The notes beneath the pieces were generated by a model. That model was not told the DNA's origin. It saw only the letters and a list, made by a program, of their open reading frames with translations, and made no database searches. A DNA stretch of 64,000 nucleotides from Zootoca vivipara (taxonomy: Eukaryota): positions 73,718,001 through 73,782,000 of the forward strand of contig NC_083278.1 in assembly GCF_963506605.1 (NCBI RefSeq), given 5' to 3'. How positions within the stretch are numbered: position 1 is the stretch's first letter; each line of letters begins with the position of its first letter. The position numbers and the translations under genes were made by a program. Positions 23,475-36,100 of this stretch are shown here, piece by piece.

Positions 23475-23564
23475 CATAGCTGTCAAGTTCTCCCTTTTTT
23501 AAAGGGAAATTCCCTTATGCTGAATAGGCTTCCTCGCGAGAAAAGGGAAAACTTGACAGCTATG
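23475..23564. mobile_element. 90-bp hAT MITE
   Basis: TIR CATAGCTGTCAAGTT / AACTTGACAGCTATG; 8-bp TSD attggtgg. Confidence 0.9.
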
Positions 23565-23847
23565 ATTGGTGGGTGAGCAAGCAAGGGTTAAGGACTTACT
23601 GCCCCATCTGTGTTCTTTTACAGATTTGGGAACATACCCTTCCTGAACGATCATGCACTTCTGATCTGGGACTGGAGAGAGAGAGAAAATGCAGCTTTGC
23701 AAGGATGCTGAATTTGCAATGTGTGTCTCTCTTGTATCTTTAATGAACTCAAGGTAAACAAAGCAATCCTTCAAAGCAGAAATGGTGTGTTTACATATTC
23801 TGGCAACTCTTGCTTTGCTTATTACATTTCCCGACACATATAACTTA

Positions 23848-23850
<3 letters not shown>

Positions 23851-23896
<46 letters not shown>
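23851..23896. repeat. (GT)n microsatellite
   Basis: Direct reading. Confidence 0.95.
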
Positions 23897-23899
<3 letters not shown>

Positions 23900-24444
23900 T
23901 CTCTTAAGAAGAAGTGTTTATAGCACACACGACTGTGAGCGGTTTTGGATTTTGCGTTGTTTCTGCAGAGGAGAAGAACTAACTGAGTCAGAGTTGCGTC
24001 GATTAGTTCAAATATGCACTTCAAAAGATCTAAGCTTCATAAAAAACATGCTGATTTCCCCCTTCTTCTTGCCGATGCCAAGGGTATGGCAGAAGGAATA
24101 GTATCTGCATTTAAAGACTCGTAATTATTATGCAGATAGACTAATATGGAACGTACTCAGAATGCACACACAAAATGAAATAAAATAGGTCTCTGGTAGC
24201 CAATGTGGTTTTGGACTACAACTCCCTCTCAGCCAACCTTTCACATGGTCAAGGATGATGGGAGTTGTAGTCTTATCAATATATAGAGGGCTCCACATTG
24301 GGTATTCCTGAAAGGAGGATACAGTCGGTGCTTTTGTGTATGAAGCTACTCACCATTACGGAGTGCCGTCACTTCATTTCTTTTTCTTTTTTCCTGCCCG
24401 TGACAGCCATTTTGTGCTGGCACCCACAGCACAGTTATCAATTT

Positions 24445-24914
24445 ATGACATATAACACCAGTCCTGAAAGATCTACATTGGCTCCCAGTACGTTTCTGAG
24501 CACATTTCAAAGTGTTGGTGCTGACCTTTAAAGCCCTAAACGGCCTCAGCCCAGTATACCTGAAGGAGTGTCTCCACCCCCATCGTCCAGCCTGGACACT
24601 GAGGTCCAGCGCTGAGGGCCTTCTGGCGGTTCCCTCACAGCAAGAAGCCAAGTTACAGGGAACCAGGCAGAGGGCCTTTTCGGTAGGGCCACTATTAGGA
24701 AGGGAGGGCCCTGTGGAACGCCCTCCCACCAGATGTCAAGGAAATAAACAACTACAGTACCTGACTTTTAGAAGACATCTGAAGGCAGCCCTGCTTATGG
24801 AAGTTTTTAGTGTTTGATATTTTATTGTGTTTTTAATATTCTGTTGGGAGCAGCCCAGAGTAGCTGGGGAAACCCAGCCAGATGGGCAGGGTATGTATAA
24901 ACAAACAAACAAAC

Positions 24915-24963
<49 letters not shown>
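24445..24963 (+). mobile_element. L2 LINE 3' fragment with (TTA)n tail
   Basis: TPVLKDLHWLPV..KVLVLTFKALNGL; same family as 18591..19026. Confidence 0.9.
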
Positions 24964-24967
<4 letters not shown>

Positions 24968-26796
24968 GGCAGCTTATTTCTTACAACAACAACAACAACA
25001 AAGCACCACATACAGCTGAATAGGTTTTATTTATTAAATGTGTATTTCCTGCCAGACTAATGACAGAAGGCTCTTATGAGAGCTTTACACTTTACATCTG
25101 GGAACTGCTGAGCTCCACTTGAGTTAGTCATACATGATAATGATGATTATTATATACTTTTTTTCCTAATAGTGGCACCAAATGTGCATCACACTTTATA
25201 GAACCATGTATACAAAGCAGCCAGAACACTCAGCCCAGGTCCCTCTCTTGACCTTACAATCTAATGGTCAGGGGATTGTTTAAAGGGTTTTGTTGGGTTT
25301 TGTTGTTGCTGCTGTTATCAATACTCATTTTAGATTCATGCGGAAATAGTTCGATTATGGTTGTATACATTTTGATGTGTTTTATTTATTGTTTATGACT
25401 ACTTCTGTTATGCTTGTAATTATGTAAATCTTTTCACATTGTAAGCGGCCTTGAGCACCATTTCAACTACGGAAAGGCAGCATACACATTAAATGGTGGT
25501 GGTAATAAATTTGAGCAATAGAGAAGGCAGCAGGGGAGGAAGGGCAACAGGTAATATGAAGAAATACGGCTGCCGACAATTCCTTGGGGCCAAAGTTGGT
25601 GGCGATGCTGAATGACCCTTTGCATTTAACAAGTACATTTTTTGAAATCTTATACCATCCACTGGTGTGTCTGGCAATTATCAGTATCACATTAGTTATG
25701 GGGAGGGAATTTAATTCATGCCTCCCCTGCTGCAGTGCTGATGGAAAATCCCTTCTCTGAAGCTGCTATTCAGCTGGGAGAAAATCCCCCATTGGTGCCA
25801 GCTTCAAAGCACCAGAAATGACAACATATCAGCAGTCGCTCTTTTGAAAAAACATGCTGTTCTTAGACTTTCCATTTTATTGTTTGTTTGTTTGTTTGTT
25901 TGTACAATGTATATACTGCTCAAGTGCAATTGTCTCTAAATGGTTTATACAAGGATGTAATAGGAAAAAGTATAAAACTCAGTTAAAACTACAAAATCAG
26001 GCTTCACTTGAAATGCCTGCTGGAATACAGAAATTTTCAGTACCGGTAGCTGCTGGAATTTCAGCAGGGGGGTGACCAGTCTGACTTCAACTAGAAAGGA
26101 GTAAAATTGAGCCCACCATACTAAATTCATGGCTCCTGGTGGATGCAAGCCGTGCTTCTGAACCATGTGAGACTATGAACAGTGACTCCCCTGAAGACTT
26201 CTGTGATTGGGCATACACATTTTAGATTACAGAAGATATTTTTCCTTATTGCTATGTCCATAAGCAAATCTTTATTAGTTTTGTACCCGCCCACCCAAAA
26301 ATGCCCCTTTATGGGTTATATTTCCATCAGACAGAATTCTGCTTATTCATGGCTAATGGAAGCTTTGTCACGTAATCTACCGAGTGCAAACTTTGACTAG
26401 AATCCAGACTCTAGCCTTGGGCAAGGTTGAGGCTGTTCAGTTAATGATTGCCTGCATAAACACAAATCCATGGCTCGGTTTTACTTCAGATCTGTATTGA
26501 TGTGCAGAGAGACTGGTGTAATCTGTGCTGTGCCATGAGTCATCTTGGTAGACTATTAGCATAAGTGCCCTGGAGAATGTCCAGACACCTGCACTATGTC
26601 AAGAGGAGCGTTGCTGGTCATGGCTTATCGTGTGCTGCTCCCATAAAACATAGCAGATAGAATGTCCTCTTCAAAAGGCTACCCTCCGAGCTAGTTTCCT
26701 AGCTTTTAGCAACTTCCCTCATTCTTAGGTCTGGCTCTTTAATCAGTAGGTAGGATTTTCACTTCCTGCATCTGTAATCTGTGAATAACTCTAGAT

Positions 26797-26945
26797 CAGG
26801 GGTGTCAAACTCAAATTCATCGGGGGCCGCATCAGCAGTTTGGTCACCCTCAAAGGGCCGGTTGTGTCTGTAGGACTATGTGTCCACTCTTTATTATCAT
26901 AAATTATTGTCACTGCATTCAATTATTACTGTTTTTTGTAATAAT
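26797..26945. mobile_element. hAT-Charlie-like terminal fragment
   Basis: ctctagat|CAGGGGTGTCAAACTC..GGGCCGCA start. Confidence 0.55.
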
Positions 26946-26949
26946 GTAA

Positions 26950-28260
26950 GCTCATTCCTGCCCCCACGCGGATCACATTCCTGCGTCGTGGCGCATGTGT
27001 GGGAGGGGATGTAAACGAGGGAAATTTGAACAAAAGGTGGGGATCGACGGCTTCCGGGGGGGGGGCCAACTAAACCTTCGGCAGGAAGGAGAAAGCCACT
27101 GCTGGGATTAAAAACCTGCAGATGGAAAGAGGGCTTCCCTCTCCCGCCCTGCGCACACCCAAACCCCGCTAGGCAGGATGCCACACCCTGCAACCCACCC
27201 CATGCTTTGGAGAGGGGCAGGAACATGCGGTGCAGCACCAACTCCCTGCTTTGCTTTTGCATCCTCCCTCCTCAGCGCCAGAGTCCCTTCCCCTCGCGCT
27301 GAGGGAGGGCAGCGGATTTCTCGAGGAGGAAGGCGGCGGCAGCCCCAGCGGACGTGCATCTTCGCCTCAGAGCTGCTCTTCCCCCCACCCACGCTGTTGT
27401 CGTCTTCGCCGCTGCCTCTCCCTACCAGGAGTGCAGGCAGAGGAGGCTTGAAAACCTCCCCCCCCCAAAAAAAATTTCCCCTCCCACCTACTCAAACCGC
27501 GAGGCGACTCCATCTGGAGCCCTACATCACGAGGGGCTGAGAGGAGGCGGCGGCAGAGCGGGAAGAGCAGGAACCCGTGCCGTCGTCGCCGCCTCCCTCC
27601 CGGCCGCCCCCCGGGGAGCAGCTCTGCCGGAACTGAGAAGCCAAAGGGCGGCTTGGGGTGGGGGGCAGAGCAAAAGCCAGGCACCCTCCCGAGTGTCTAT
27701 GAGGAGAAAACGGGGGATGAGGGAATCAAGAGAGCGACTGTTGCGCTTCGCCTACTTCCCCCTCAGGCTCACTCTGCGTCCCTTTCGCCCGCTCGCTCGT
27801 CCACCTCCCGGATGCAGCCGAGGAGAGGAAGGGAAACGGTGGGCGGCGGCTCCCCAGTGCCGCCTCACTCGCTCTCAGAGACAACAGCAAAGCCCCCCCA
27901 AAAAACCCCCAGCGCTGCTCCATCCCGGCACCAACTTTGCCGGCGGCGCCTGTAGGGCTTTCCTACCTCCTCGGCGGGCTTCCTCCTCCTCCTCCTGCAT
28001 CTCACTTCCCCGTCTGGCCGCTGTGCCACCACCTCCCTCAGCCTCATTCGAAATTGAAATTCCCTGGCAAAGGCCGTCAGCGCGGCTCCAGCGCCCCGCC
28101 CTCCGCCTGCAGCCCCGCCCCCGGTTTTGACCCTCGGCCAATCGCAGGCTCCAGAACTACTGTCAGTGGTTATTGTCGGTGGCGGCTACGCGGGCCACAT
28201 GACGAGGTCTGGCGGGCCGGATTAGGCCCCCGGGCCTTGTGTTTGACACCCGTGCTCTAG
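26950..28260 (-). promoter_or_regulatory. CpG-island promoter with probable non-coding first exon (likely SIPA1L2 by synteny)
   Basis: CpG-dense; GC box ccccgcccc ~28113-28121, CCAAT ~28138-28142, minus-strand donor GAG|GTAGGA at 27967/27966; gene identity inferred only from the SIPA1L2-MAP10 head-to-head arrangement in mammals. Confidence 0.6.
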
Positions 28261-29162
28261 ATGATCCTACCAAGAATCCACCTTAGTGAGCTGCTGCAGC
28301 ATCATCATAAATGCCAGGCTGAAAACATGCTCATCTAGGCTTCTATCACCAACTCTCATCAATACTGGCACACCTTCATCCCCAATCTTAATGCTTTGTT
28401 TCCTGATGCACTATTTCTTCTTGATCTCATTCAGCAGAATGCAGAAATGTGGAGAGCTATGGATGTATTTACCTGGTGGTTCCATCTCATGACCTAGCAG
28501 CCAGCCATTCCCAAGCCTCCCACAGCCCAACATTTTGGAGTAACAGCTGGCTAAGAACGCATCTGAACACTGCTGGGAAATCTCTTCCTTTATTAACCAA
28601 GTTACTTCCCCCCTGGCACAGGGCTATCAAATGCAAACTTGTGGGGCTTCAGATGGAAACATTGCCTACTTTTCTAGCAGTGGTTAGTAAAATGTTCCTC
28701 TTGAGAAGACTAAGCAGAGGCATTATTAATGCGGAAGAGCTGCAGAGTCTTTAAGGACTGTTGCTCAGGAGTGTGTCACCTGCCTTGGAGGCGGGAGAAG
28801 ATCCCTGGTCTGATTGCCAGGTTGGATTGAAACCCTGGAGAGCCAATAATTAGACAAAAGCAAGGTAGGTGGATGAGAAGTTTGATAATGCAGACTCCTA
28901 GGTTCCTGTCTGTGCAGTTGCCGTTCCTAAACTACTTTTCTAGCTGCTAGAAAACAGAACCAATGGAACCCTTGCAAATTGCCCAGTGCATAGGTACAGA
29001 TGTTGTTTCACAGCTGGTCCTAAATCATATGGCTTTATCTTGCTGGCATTTGCCTACCATTCCCCTCTGGTGAAATGGCTTATTATGGTTGCACGGAATA
29101 GTTCTGAGTACTACCATATGCCTCACCCAAAATGACTTCCCAGCAGCATTTACATTCATTAG

Positions 29163-29164
<2 letters not shown>

Positions 29165-29206
<42 letters not shown>
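29165..29206. repeat. (CA)n microsatellite
   Basis: Direct reading. Confidence 0.95.
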
Positions 29207-29208
<2 letters not shown>

Positions 29209-30494
29209 AATTCCATTAGGTCCAACAGCACTAGATCCATCGGTTGCTGCTGATGTTAACAGCTTGAGGACATTACCTCTTCTAGGCAGACAGAGTTTCA
29301 TAACCTAATAAAGCCAGGAATTAGATCCTGGCTCAGCGCCTCTGCAACTCCAGCTCAGTAAGCCAGCAAAACAGAAGCTGTATCTGTACATTATTTATAT
29401 CCCCCATTGTCCAAAATATTAATTTACCAAAAAAGGCAGGAAGACAAAGCAAACCTCTGGTACTCTGTGCTGCTCATGGATTTCAGAGGCCTTGCCACAC
29501 AGGCATGAGTTTCTGAAACAGAGAGATGTTGCCTGCTATTCAGTTTTGCTTCAGAGAATCCACAAAATGGTTGTTAACATTTCCTCAAGTCTGCTTTGCA
29601 GAATCAAAGACCTGGTTCCCCAAATGTCCTGATAATAATGTAGCTGGTATCCTGACCCAAGTATAATTCTGATTTAACCTTGGGTTTTTTGTGTTTTGTG
29701 TCGTTTTGTTTTCTAAAAATGCTGAGCATTTTTATAGCACCCCCAGAGTGTTTAAAGCACTTCACATACATAAGAACTATTGAGGTAAATCGTTCTTATA
29801 ACCCCCTGTAAAGTACATTGGTATTATTATCCCTGTTCTTCAGATGGATGACTGAGGCTAAGTAATAGTAGCTGCCTTTCCTAAGGCCACATACTGAATA
29901 TCTTAATAATACATTTTACAGTGTGACTTAAGTGGGGGAAAGGAGGCAGGTTTGTGCCCCAAAGAGCTTACAATCTCGAAATCTCAACAGCAAAAGAGGT
30001 TCCAAAGGATGTCAATAAAACAAAAGACGAAGGGAGAGGCCAAGCTATGAAGGAATGAGGCAAATTGAGGTACATTGTGCCTCCCCCAAATAATATTAGG
30101 AATTGTAGTTTACCCCTCACAGAGCAACAATTCCCAGCACCCTTAACAAACTACAGTTCCCAGGATTCTTTGGCGGCAGCCATGTGCTTTAAGTGTCTAG
30201 TGTGTATTTGGCCGAAGCTAACATGGGATGAAATGTGTGTTAAATGTTCTTTTTTAATACAATTTTTTTAAAAATTGAGCAATCAACTTATTTTTACATC
30301 TGGTCAAAACCAAAAACCATGTGTTGACTTGCCATTAGGAATCAATAATCAGGACACAGAATCAGCCCAGAAGATAATCCTGAATTAGTCAACAATATCA
30401 AGAAAATATTTCCAATGGAGTTAAATGTTCTTTTGAAATGTTGTAGCAGCACCCAAACTTCAAAGGCATCACTACCTATCAGATAAGTTCTGAA

Positions 30495-30690
30495 GTGGGA
30501 CTTGGAGACACAGAATGCTGCCTTCTCCCAAGTCAGAGTCTTGGTTAATTCCATATAGTGACAGGCAGAATCTGTCCAGGTTTTCAGACCGGAAACTTCC
30601 CCAATCCTATCTAGAGACATTGGAGGATGAACCTGGGACTTTCTGCTGATAAATCTTGCACTCCACCACTGCACTATGACCCTTCTATGT
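30495..30690 (-). mobile_element. tRNA-derived SINE (Squam3-like), degenerate
   Basis: Reverse complement similar to 16578..16732, including B-box-like gtcccaggttcatcc. Confidence 0.5.
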
Positions 30691-32028
30691 GGCTCAGAAA
30701 ACAAACACCAGCCTGCTCAGAACTCTGGGAGACAAATGCATTCCACTTTCTCAGGACTGCCTCAAACATTACAGCCCACAACATGCACATTGCGGGGAAA
30801 AGACAGTTATGAATGCCATGTGGAAGCCATAATTCTTGTAAACAGCTTACCATGCGGTTAGGGCGGCTGACATCATGCGAGGTGTCTTCATACCAGCACT
30901 AGATTCCCTTGGTAGCCACTGGCATGGAGAGGTGTCATATTACTGGCCCAAACAACACCCTGAGTTGTTTACAGGCATGATGATTTCCACATGCAGAACC
31001 ACCCCATGGAAACATTTCTTGGTAGCACTTGGGTGGAGGAATGCAACATTTTTGAACCTGCCCTCGGCTGATTTCCCATGAAAAACAGCTGCCAGGCAAT
31101 GGGCCAAGGTGGAGGGAAGGATGTTGTTCAGGAGGAGGAGGAGAAGGTTGGGGACAAAATAGTAGATTCAGAAAGAGGCCAGATGGGAGAGTTGGAGGTA
31201 AGATTCAGGGTGAAAAGGAGACCCCAGGGACCCCTGAATTAAGGGGCTCGGAGGGTGTCGTCATGCTCCCCATTGGCCACACAGATCAGTTGTAGGCTGC
31301 TATAGGCAGATTTAATGGGCCAAACCTGTGCTAACTTGCAAGAAAAAGAGGTGCCGGAACTTGATCCAGGTGATCAAGATACAGTTCACCCAGCTGGTGC
31401 TTTGGCTGAAGGAGGAACCAGATTCCACAAAGCGAAAAGAATATGTTTGTCTGGAGCTGGCGGACAGATTTCCGAAGAGAAAAATCAACGGTGATGCTTT
31501 CAAGTGTACAGGTCTTGCAGTGGAATAATAAATGTGACATTGCCAGCCTGCCGGCGAGTGCATTCTTCTGTGTCCTTGCATCACCTGCACAGCGTGGACA
31601 TGCCTAGTGAATCACATGGACACCATCCATCTCTTGGGCTGCCCTGTAAGAGGCTGCCCTGGACTTCTCCCGAATCCAGGAAGGGGAGGATGTAAAATAC
31701 TGTGCCTGGATTAGTGGTGACCCCTGGACCACTTCACCATCCTCTTCATAACATACACATTCAGGGACCACTGAGTGATTTGAAGGGCAGGGCGAGGTGA
31801 TCATGCTCCCTTGTGCTGCTGGATGCCATTTTGTTAACTCCCACCTAAGGCTCCCCAATGAGAGCAGGAAGCATTGTTCTCCTGGATGCTTCATAATAAA
31901 GTCACATGAGGATATGGCATTGGTGTGAAGCCAAATCAAACCATACTCTTATGGATTTGGGGGAGTGGGGAAATGTGTCCACCAGCCATCAGGACTCCCA
32001 AGAGTGCAACCGACACTACTGTCTAAAC

Positions 32029-32164
32029 CAGGGTTTCCCAAACTTGCGTCTCCTGCTGCTTTTGGACTACAACTCCCATCATCCCTAGCTAGCAGGACCG
32101 CTGGTCAGGGATGGTGGGAATTGTAGTCCAAAACCAGCTGGAGACCCAAGTCTTGGAAACACTG
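32029..32164. mobile_element. hAT-Charlie-like palindromic MITE
   Basis: CAGGGTTTCCCAAACTT ... AAGTCTTGGAAACACTG; 8-bp TSD gtctaaac (32021-32028, 32165-32172). Confidence 0.9.
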
Positions 32165-32416
32165 GTCTAAACCATGAAATGGGGGGTGGTAGTGGTGGAA
32201 AGAGTGAAGGGTGTGCAATTTTAGGGCTCCTTTTCCCTTGAAGCCCCCAGTTTCAGGCAGAACAATTTCGTGAATAACTTTCAGCTTAGCTCTATAGGAG
32301 ATGTCCTCCCACAGTGCGAAAAAGGCAGAGCATTTAAGCTGCTGCTTCTTATGCCCAAAGGAGATTGAAGACACCAAGGATCGCTGCCTTTCCTTAACAT
32401 TGTTCCATGTTAAATG

Positions 32417-32506
32417 CATAGCTGCCAAGTTATCCCTTTTTTACAGGGATTTTCCCTTATGCTGAATAGGCTTCCTCACGAGAAAAGGGAAAACTTGGCA
32501 GCTATG
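32417..32506. mobile_element. 90-bp hAT MITE
   Basis: TIR CATAGCTGCCAAGTT / AACTTGGCAGCTATG; 8-bp TSD gttaaatg. Confidence 0.9.
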
Positions 32507-33298
32507 GTTAAATGCTCTTTGGCTTTTGGAAACAAGGTCAAATAGATTTAAGCTGCTTATATTATTAAAGTTCTCTGCAGGAAGACAGGGGACAAAGTTG
32601 TTTTCTTCTACAATTTTTTTTAGCCAATCTATTACTTAACACCAGGTAACATATAAATTGCCATTGTAATTGTTCAATGTACAGCATCACTGTCACTTTT
32701 TACAGTATCTTTTGTTAGAAAAGTTGAGAGGTTGCAGAAGGGCTAGTAACATCACATCTAGACCACGGGCAATGTTGCGTTTCTGATAAAATGCACCCCA
32801 GCGTTGCTTTTGATTTCCCTGCTGTCATACCGCTATTCATTGTGTGAGGCCAATGTAATATTTTTAGCCTACCGAAAGCGTGTCATTGTCTTGCCTTATC
32901 AAGAAGGCTGCCTTGGGTCATTCCTACTGTTGAGAATAACAATGACTCAGAGCAAAAGGTCACAAGAGTGCAAAGATGTTTGAGAAAAGCTCTGCCAGAA
33001 TCCTTCTGCCTAGCTGACAAAATTCCAGAATACAGATGTAATCTTTCCCCATTTATACATAGCTGAAAACATCCCTGGTCTGTCCCAGAGCCAGTTTCTC
33101 GATGTGGGAAATAGCAGCAGACATGTTTAGTGGGGCACATAATTTAAAATATGTAAGAGTTAAAGGTGTGGGTGAGGTGGGACTTGTCCTGCATTTCTTC
33201 GGCTTTGTGCACATTTGCGGCTTGAAACACAGTGAGTGTGTGGCCCTGCCCTCTGGTTGTGCTTTTGTATGCTGCTCCTCACACCAGAGAGGTGGTGG

Positions 33299-33388
33299 CA
33301 TAGCTGTCAAGTTTTCCCTTTTCTCGCGAGGAAGCCTATTCAGCATAAGGGAATTTCCCTTTTAAAAAGGGAGAACTTGACAGCTATG
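33299..33388. mobile_element. 90-bp hAT MITE (opposite orientation)
   Basis: Reverse complement of 23475..23564; TSD imperfect. Confidence 0.85.
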
Positions 33389-33428
33389 GACTGGTGGGGC
33401 TGTCTCTACCTGATGTCCATTGCCTGGG

Positions 33429-33925
33429 AAAATGGACATAAATCTGACATCAGGAACCATAAGACAGAGAAACCAGTAGGAGAACACTTCAAACTCCCAG
33501 GACATTCTATACAAGATCTCAAAGCAGCTGTTTTATTACAGAGAAATTTCAGGAACAGACTGGAAAGAGAAGTTGCTGAATTGGAACTCATTACCAAGCT
33601 TAAAACCATGGAGCCACCTGGGATGAATAGAGACATCGGATTCTTATCTCATTATGCATGATCAAGCGTTCTTTAGCGCCTCAGCCCTTGCTTCCCCCCC
33701 CCCAGGACTAATTGCAGTCATCATCAGCCGTTAACAGCCATCCACAGGTTTACCACTCCCACCAGCCCATCACCCATTCCCACCCATCCCCACCACCCTC
33801 TGTATATATATATAAGGGTCTGACACTTCTGTTTCCAGTGTATCTGAAGAAGTGTGCATGCACTCACACTTCTCATACCAAAATAAAAACTTAGTTGGTC
33901 TTTAAGGTGCTACTGAAGGAATTTT
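33429..33925 (+). mobile_element. Penelope-like element 3' fragment (GIY-YIG C-terminus, 3'UTR/pLTR, degenerate hammerhead)
   Basis: NGHKSDIRNHKTEKPVGEHFKLPGHSIQDLK..REVAELELITKLKT..GMNRD* ending 33661; gtatCTGAAGAagtgtgcatgcac at 33840. Confidence 0.85.
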
Positions 33926-34845
33926 TATAAAAATGTAGGCATTGCGCGCGTGTAAGTCACAGCCTTTCTCCGTAACTGCTGAACCATAATGTAACAAATT
34001 TGGCCACAACGTTCCATGCCCATCAGGGAGGGATCTGGCATACTTTCCCCCCAAAAAAACCACACCTTTCACACCTAAAATAATGATTAAACACAAAATA
34101 GTGGCGCCCAAATTAGACGTCACCACCAGAAGCTCTGAAGACTCCAGAAGCATCCAATAGAAAGGCAGGTCGCACGCTGCCGCCTCCAAAGCTACGCTGC
34201 CAGATGACACCACAAAATTCCACAGCAACCAACTGAAAACAGTCCTTTGGCAGCAACAAGGCCCAGCTTTTTCAATAGGCCGCAGCATTGTCAAGCAGTG
34301 AAAACTGAGTAGGCCGCACCATTCAGTAGGCCACAGGCAAAACCAAACAGAATAGGGCCTTTCACAACGGGGGGGGGGGTTCACAGGGATGAGGCACAAT
34401 GGGGGGGCACATAGCCATGGGGGAAAAGGAAGAACCCTGAGTCAGCCAAAGCAGTGATGGGTGGGTTGGGACAGGGAAAACTGAGTAGGCCACAGGCAAA
34501 AACAAACAGAATATGGGCCTTTCACAGGGTGGGGGAATCACAGGGATGAGACACAGCAACGGGGGAGGGGGCTCACAGGGATGAGGCACAACAAAGGGAT
34601 GGGGAAACCCCATAGCCATGGGGGGGGGAGGTAGGACCCTGAGTCAGCCAAAGCAGTGGGGGTTGGGGACATTTTCAGGAACACGCGTGGGTGGGGGAGT
34701 CTTATTTTTGAAATTTACAGTAGGGGAGTCAGGGTTGGGACAGGGCAGGTGAGGGGACTCTGAAGGGAGATTCTGAAGGACCATTTGACAAAAAAAGGTC
34801 CACTTAACACAAAAACCCACAACAACGTGTGGCCGGGCCAGCTAG
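33926..34845 (+). mobile_element. Non-autonomous Helitron
   Basis: 3' end: hairpin ccaca-acaacg-tgtgg, then CTAG (34842-34845) followed by T; AT-rich 5' end ataaaaatgtagg; internal ~175-bp tandem duplication; the 5' TC terminus is not visible. Confidence 0.6.
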
Positions 34846-35938
34846 TTCACTATAAAAATCAAATTACAGAGATGCAGTTACATACAGCCAGATTTTAAGA
34901 TGAATCTATATAGTCCAACCACAACAAGGAGTGAGTCATGGGGCGATTATTTATTGACTCTATATATAATCAGAACATGGAGACCAGTCCACAGAACTGT
35001 CCAATTTGGTTTCACCCTCGACTATTTGACATTAAGATAAAATATATCTCAAGAAGCTACAGGATGCCAATGGATGATGGCTATTGTCATGTGTAGTTCA
35101 AAAAACCACCGCACAGCCTTTGCCTTACTTTTTATCCCACAATTGTGATGGATCAACCCAAATTGCCTCTAACATCTCCCCTATCAGCAGGAGGACAGGA
35201 TCCACCCTGAGGGAAGAAGAAGGGCAGAATGATTATGAATATTTTCAAATTTTTCTCTGGCTTCGCCGTTCTTTGCCTCTCTTCTATGGGCAGAAAATAG
35301 CAAGCCAACCCCCCTCCCATTCCTGTTCTTCCTGGCTCAGCTTTTTACAGTTCTGCTTGTCAAAAGCTTCCAGCAAGTCTGCATATTAATGAAAGCACAT
35401 CTTGTACATTTTATCCGAGCGACTGTGTGTGAGAGAGGAAGGGCAAATGGGTACAAGACGCCAAAGTGTTTCCAAAGAAGCCCATCTGCAAACTTTGATG
35501 GGTTTCGCCTTGTATATACTGTAATATTTCCTGTGTGTGTGTGCAAAGTGGCTAATGAGCCCTACCAAATCCCATTCTGTGCCACAAGCACCTTGCCTAT
35601 TTTGGTTTTTCTCCATTTCTCACTTTCCTAATCTTTAAGGTCTTCCCAGTTCTGCATCACTCCATGCTTTACTTAAAAAAAATCTACACAAAAATTCACC
35701 AACATTTTAATGAGAACCTCCCTTAATTTTTGTATGCAATTTGTCATTCAGAACCCTCAGAATTTGAAGCATGGGGAAGCAAAGATTTTATAATTTGGCA
35801 TAATATTTGGTTTAATAGATATATATTTGTATAATTTGGAATAATCGGTTTGATATGATTGATTTGTAAGTGAAAATCTAATAAAATTTGAATTTTTTTT
35901 TCAAAAAATTGAATGCAATTTGTCTTGGCTCCCACTGG

Positions 35939-36100
35939 CAGGGCCAGCCATAAGGCAAGGCTGGGTGGCGCAATGTGCCAGGCCGCCAGGGGGGTGCGTG
36001 CTGCTGCGCCAGACAGCCGCACTGGGAAACGGGGCGGGGGGCGTCAGAGGGATCTTCACACCACGGCGCCAGGGCGCCAGATATGCTTAAGATGGCCCTA
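35939..36100. mobile_element. GC-rich hAT MITE
   Basis: CAGGGCC ... GGCCCTA; 8-bp TSD cccactgg (35931-35938, 36101-36108). Confidence 0.85.

Noticed and set aside
27108-28260. Overlapping ORFs of up to 258 aa in the CpG island
   Set aside because: Pro/Arg/Ala-rich on both strands, as expected from stop-poor GC-rich DNA; no recognisable domain
31080-31700. Possible further solo LTR or DIRS fragment
   Set aside because: No consistent termini or TSD could be defined by eye
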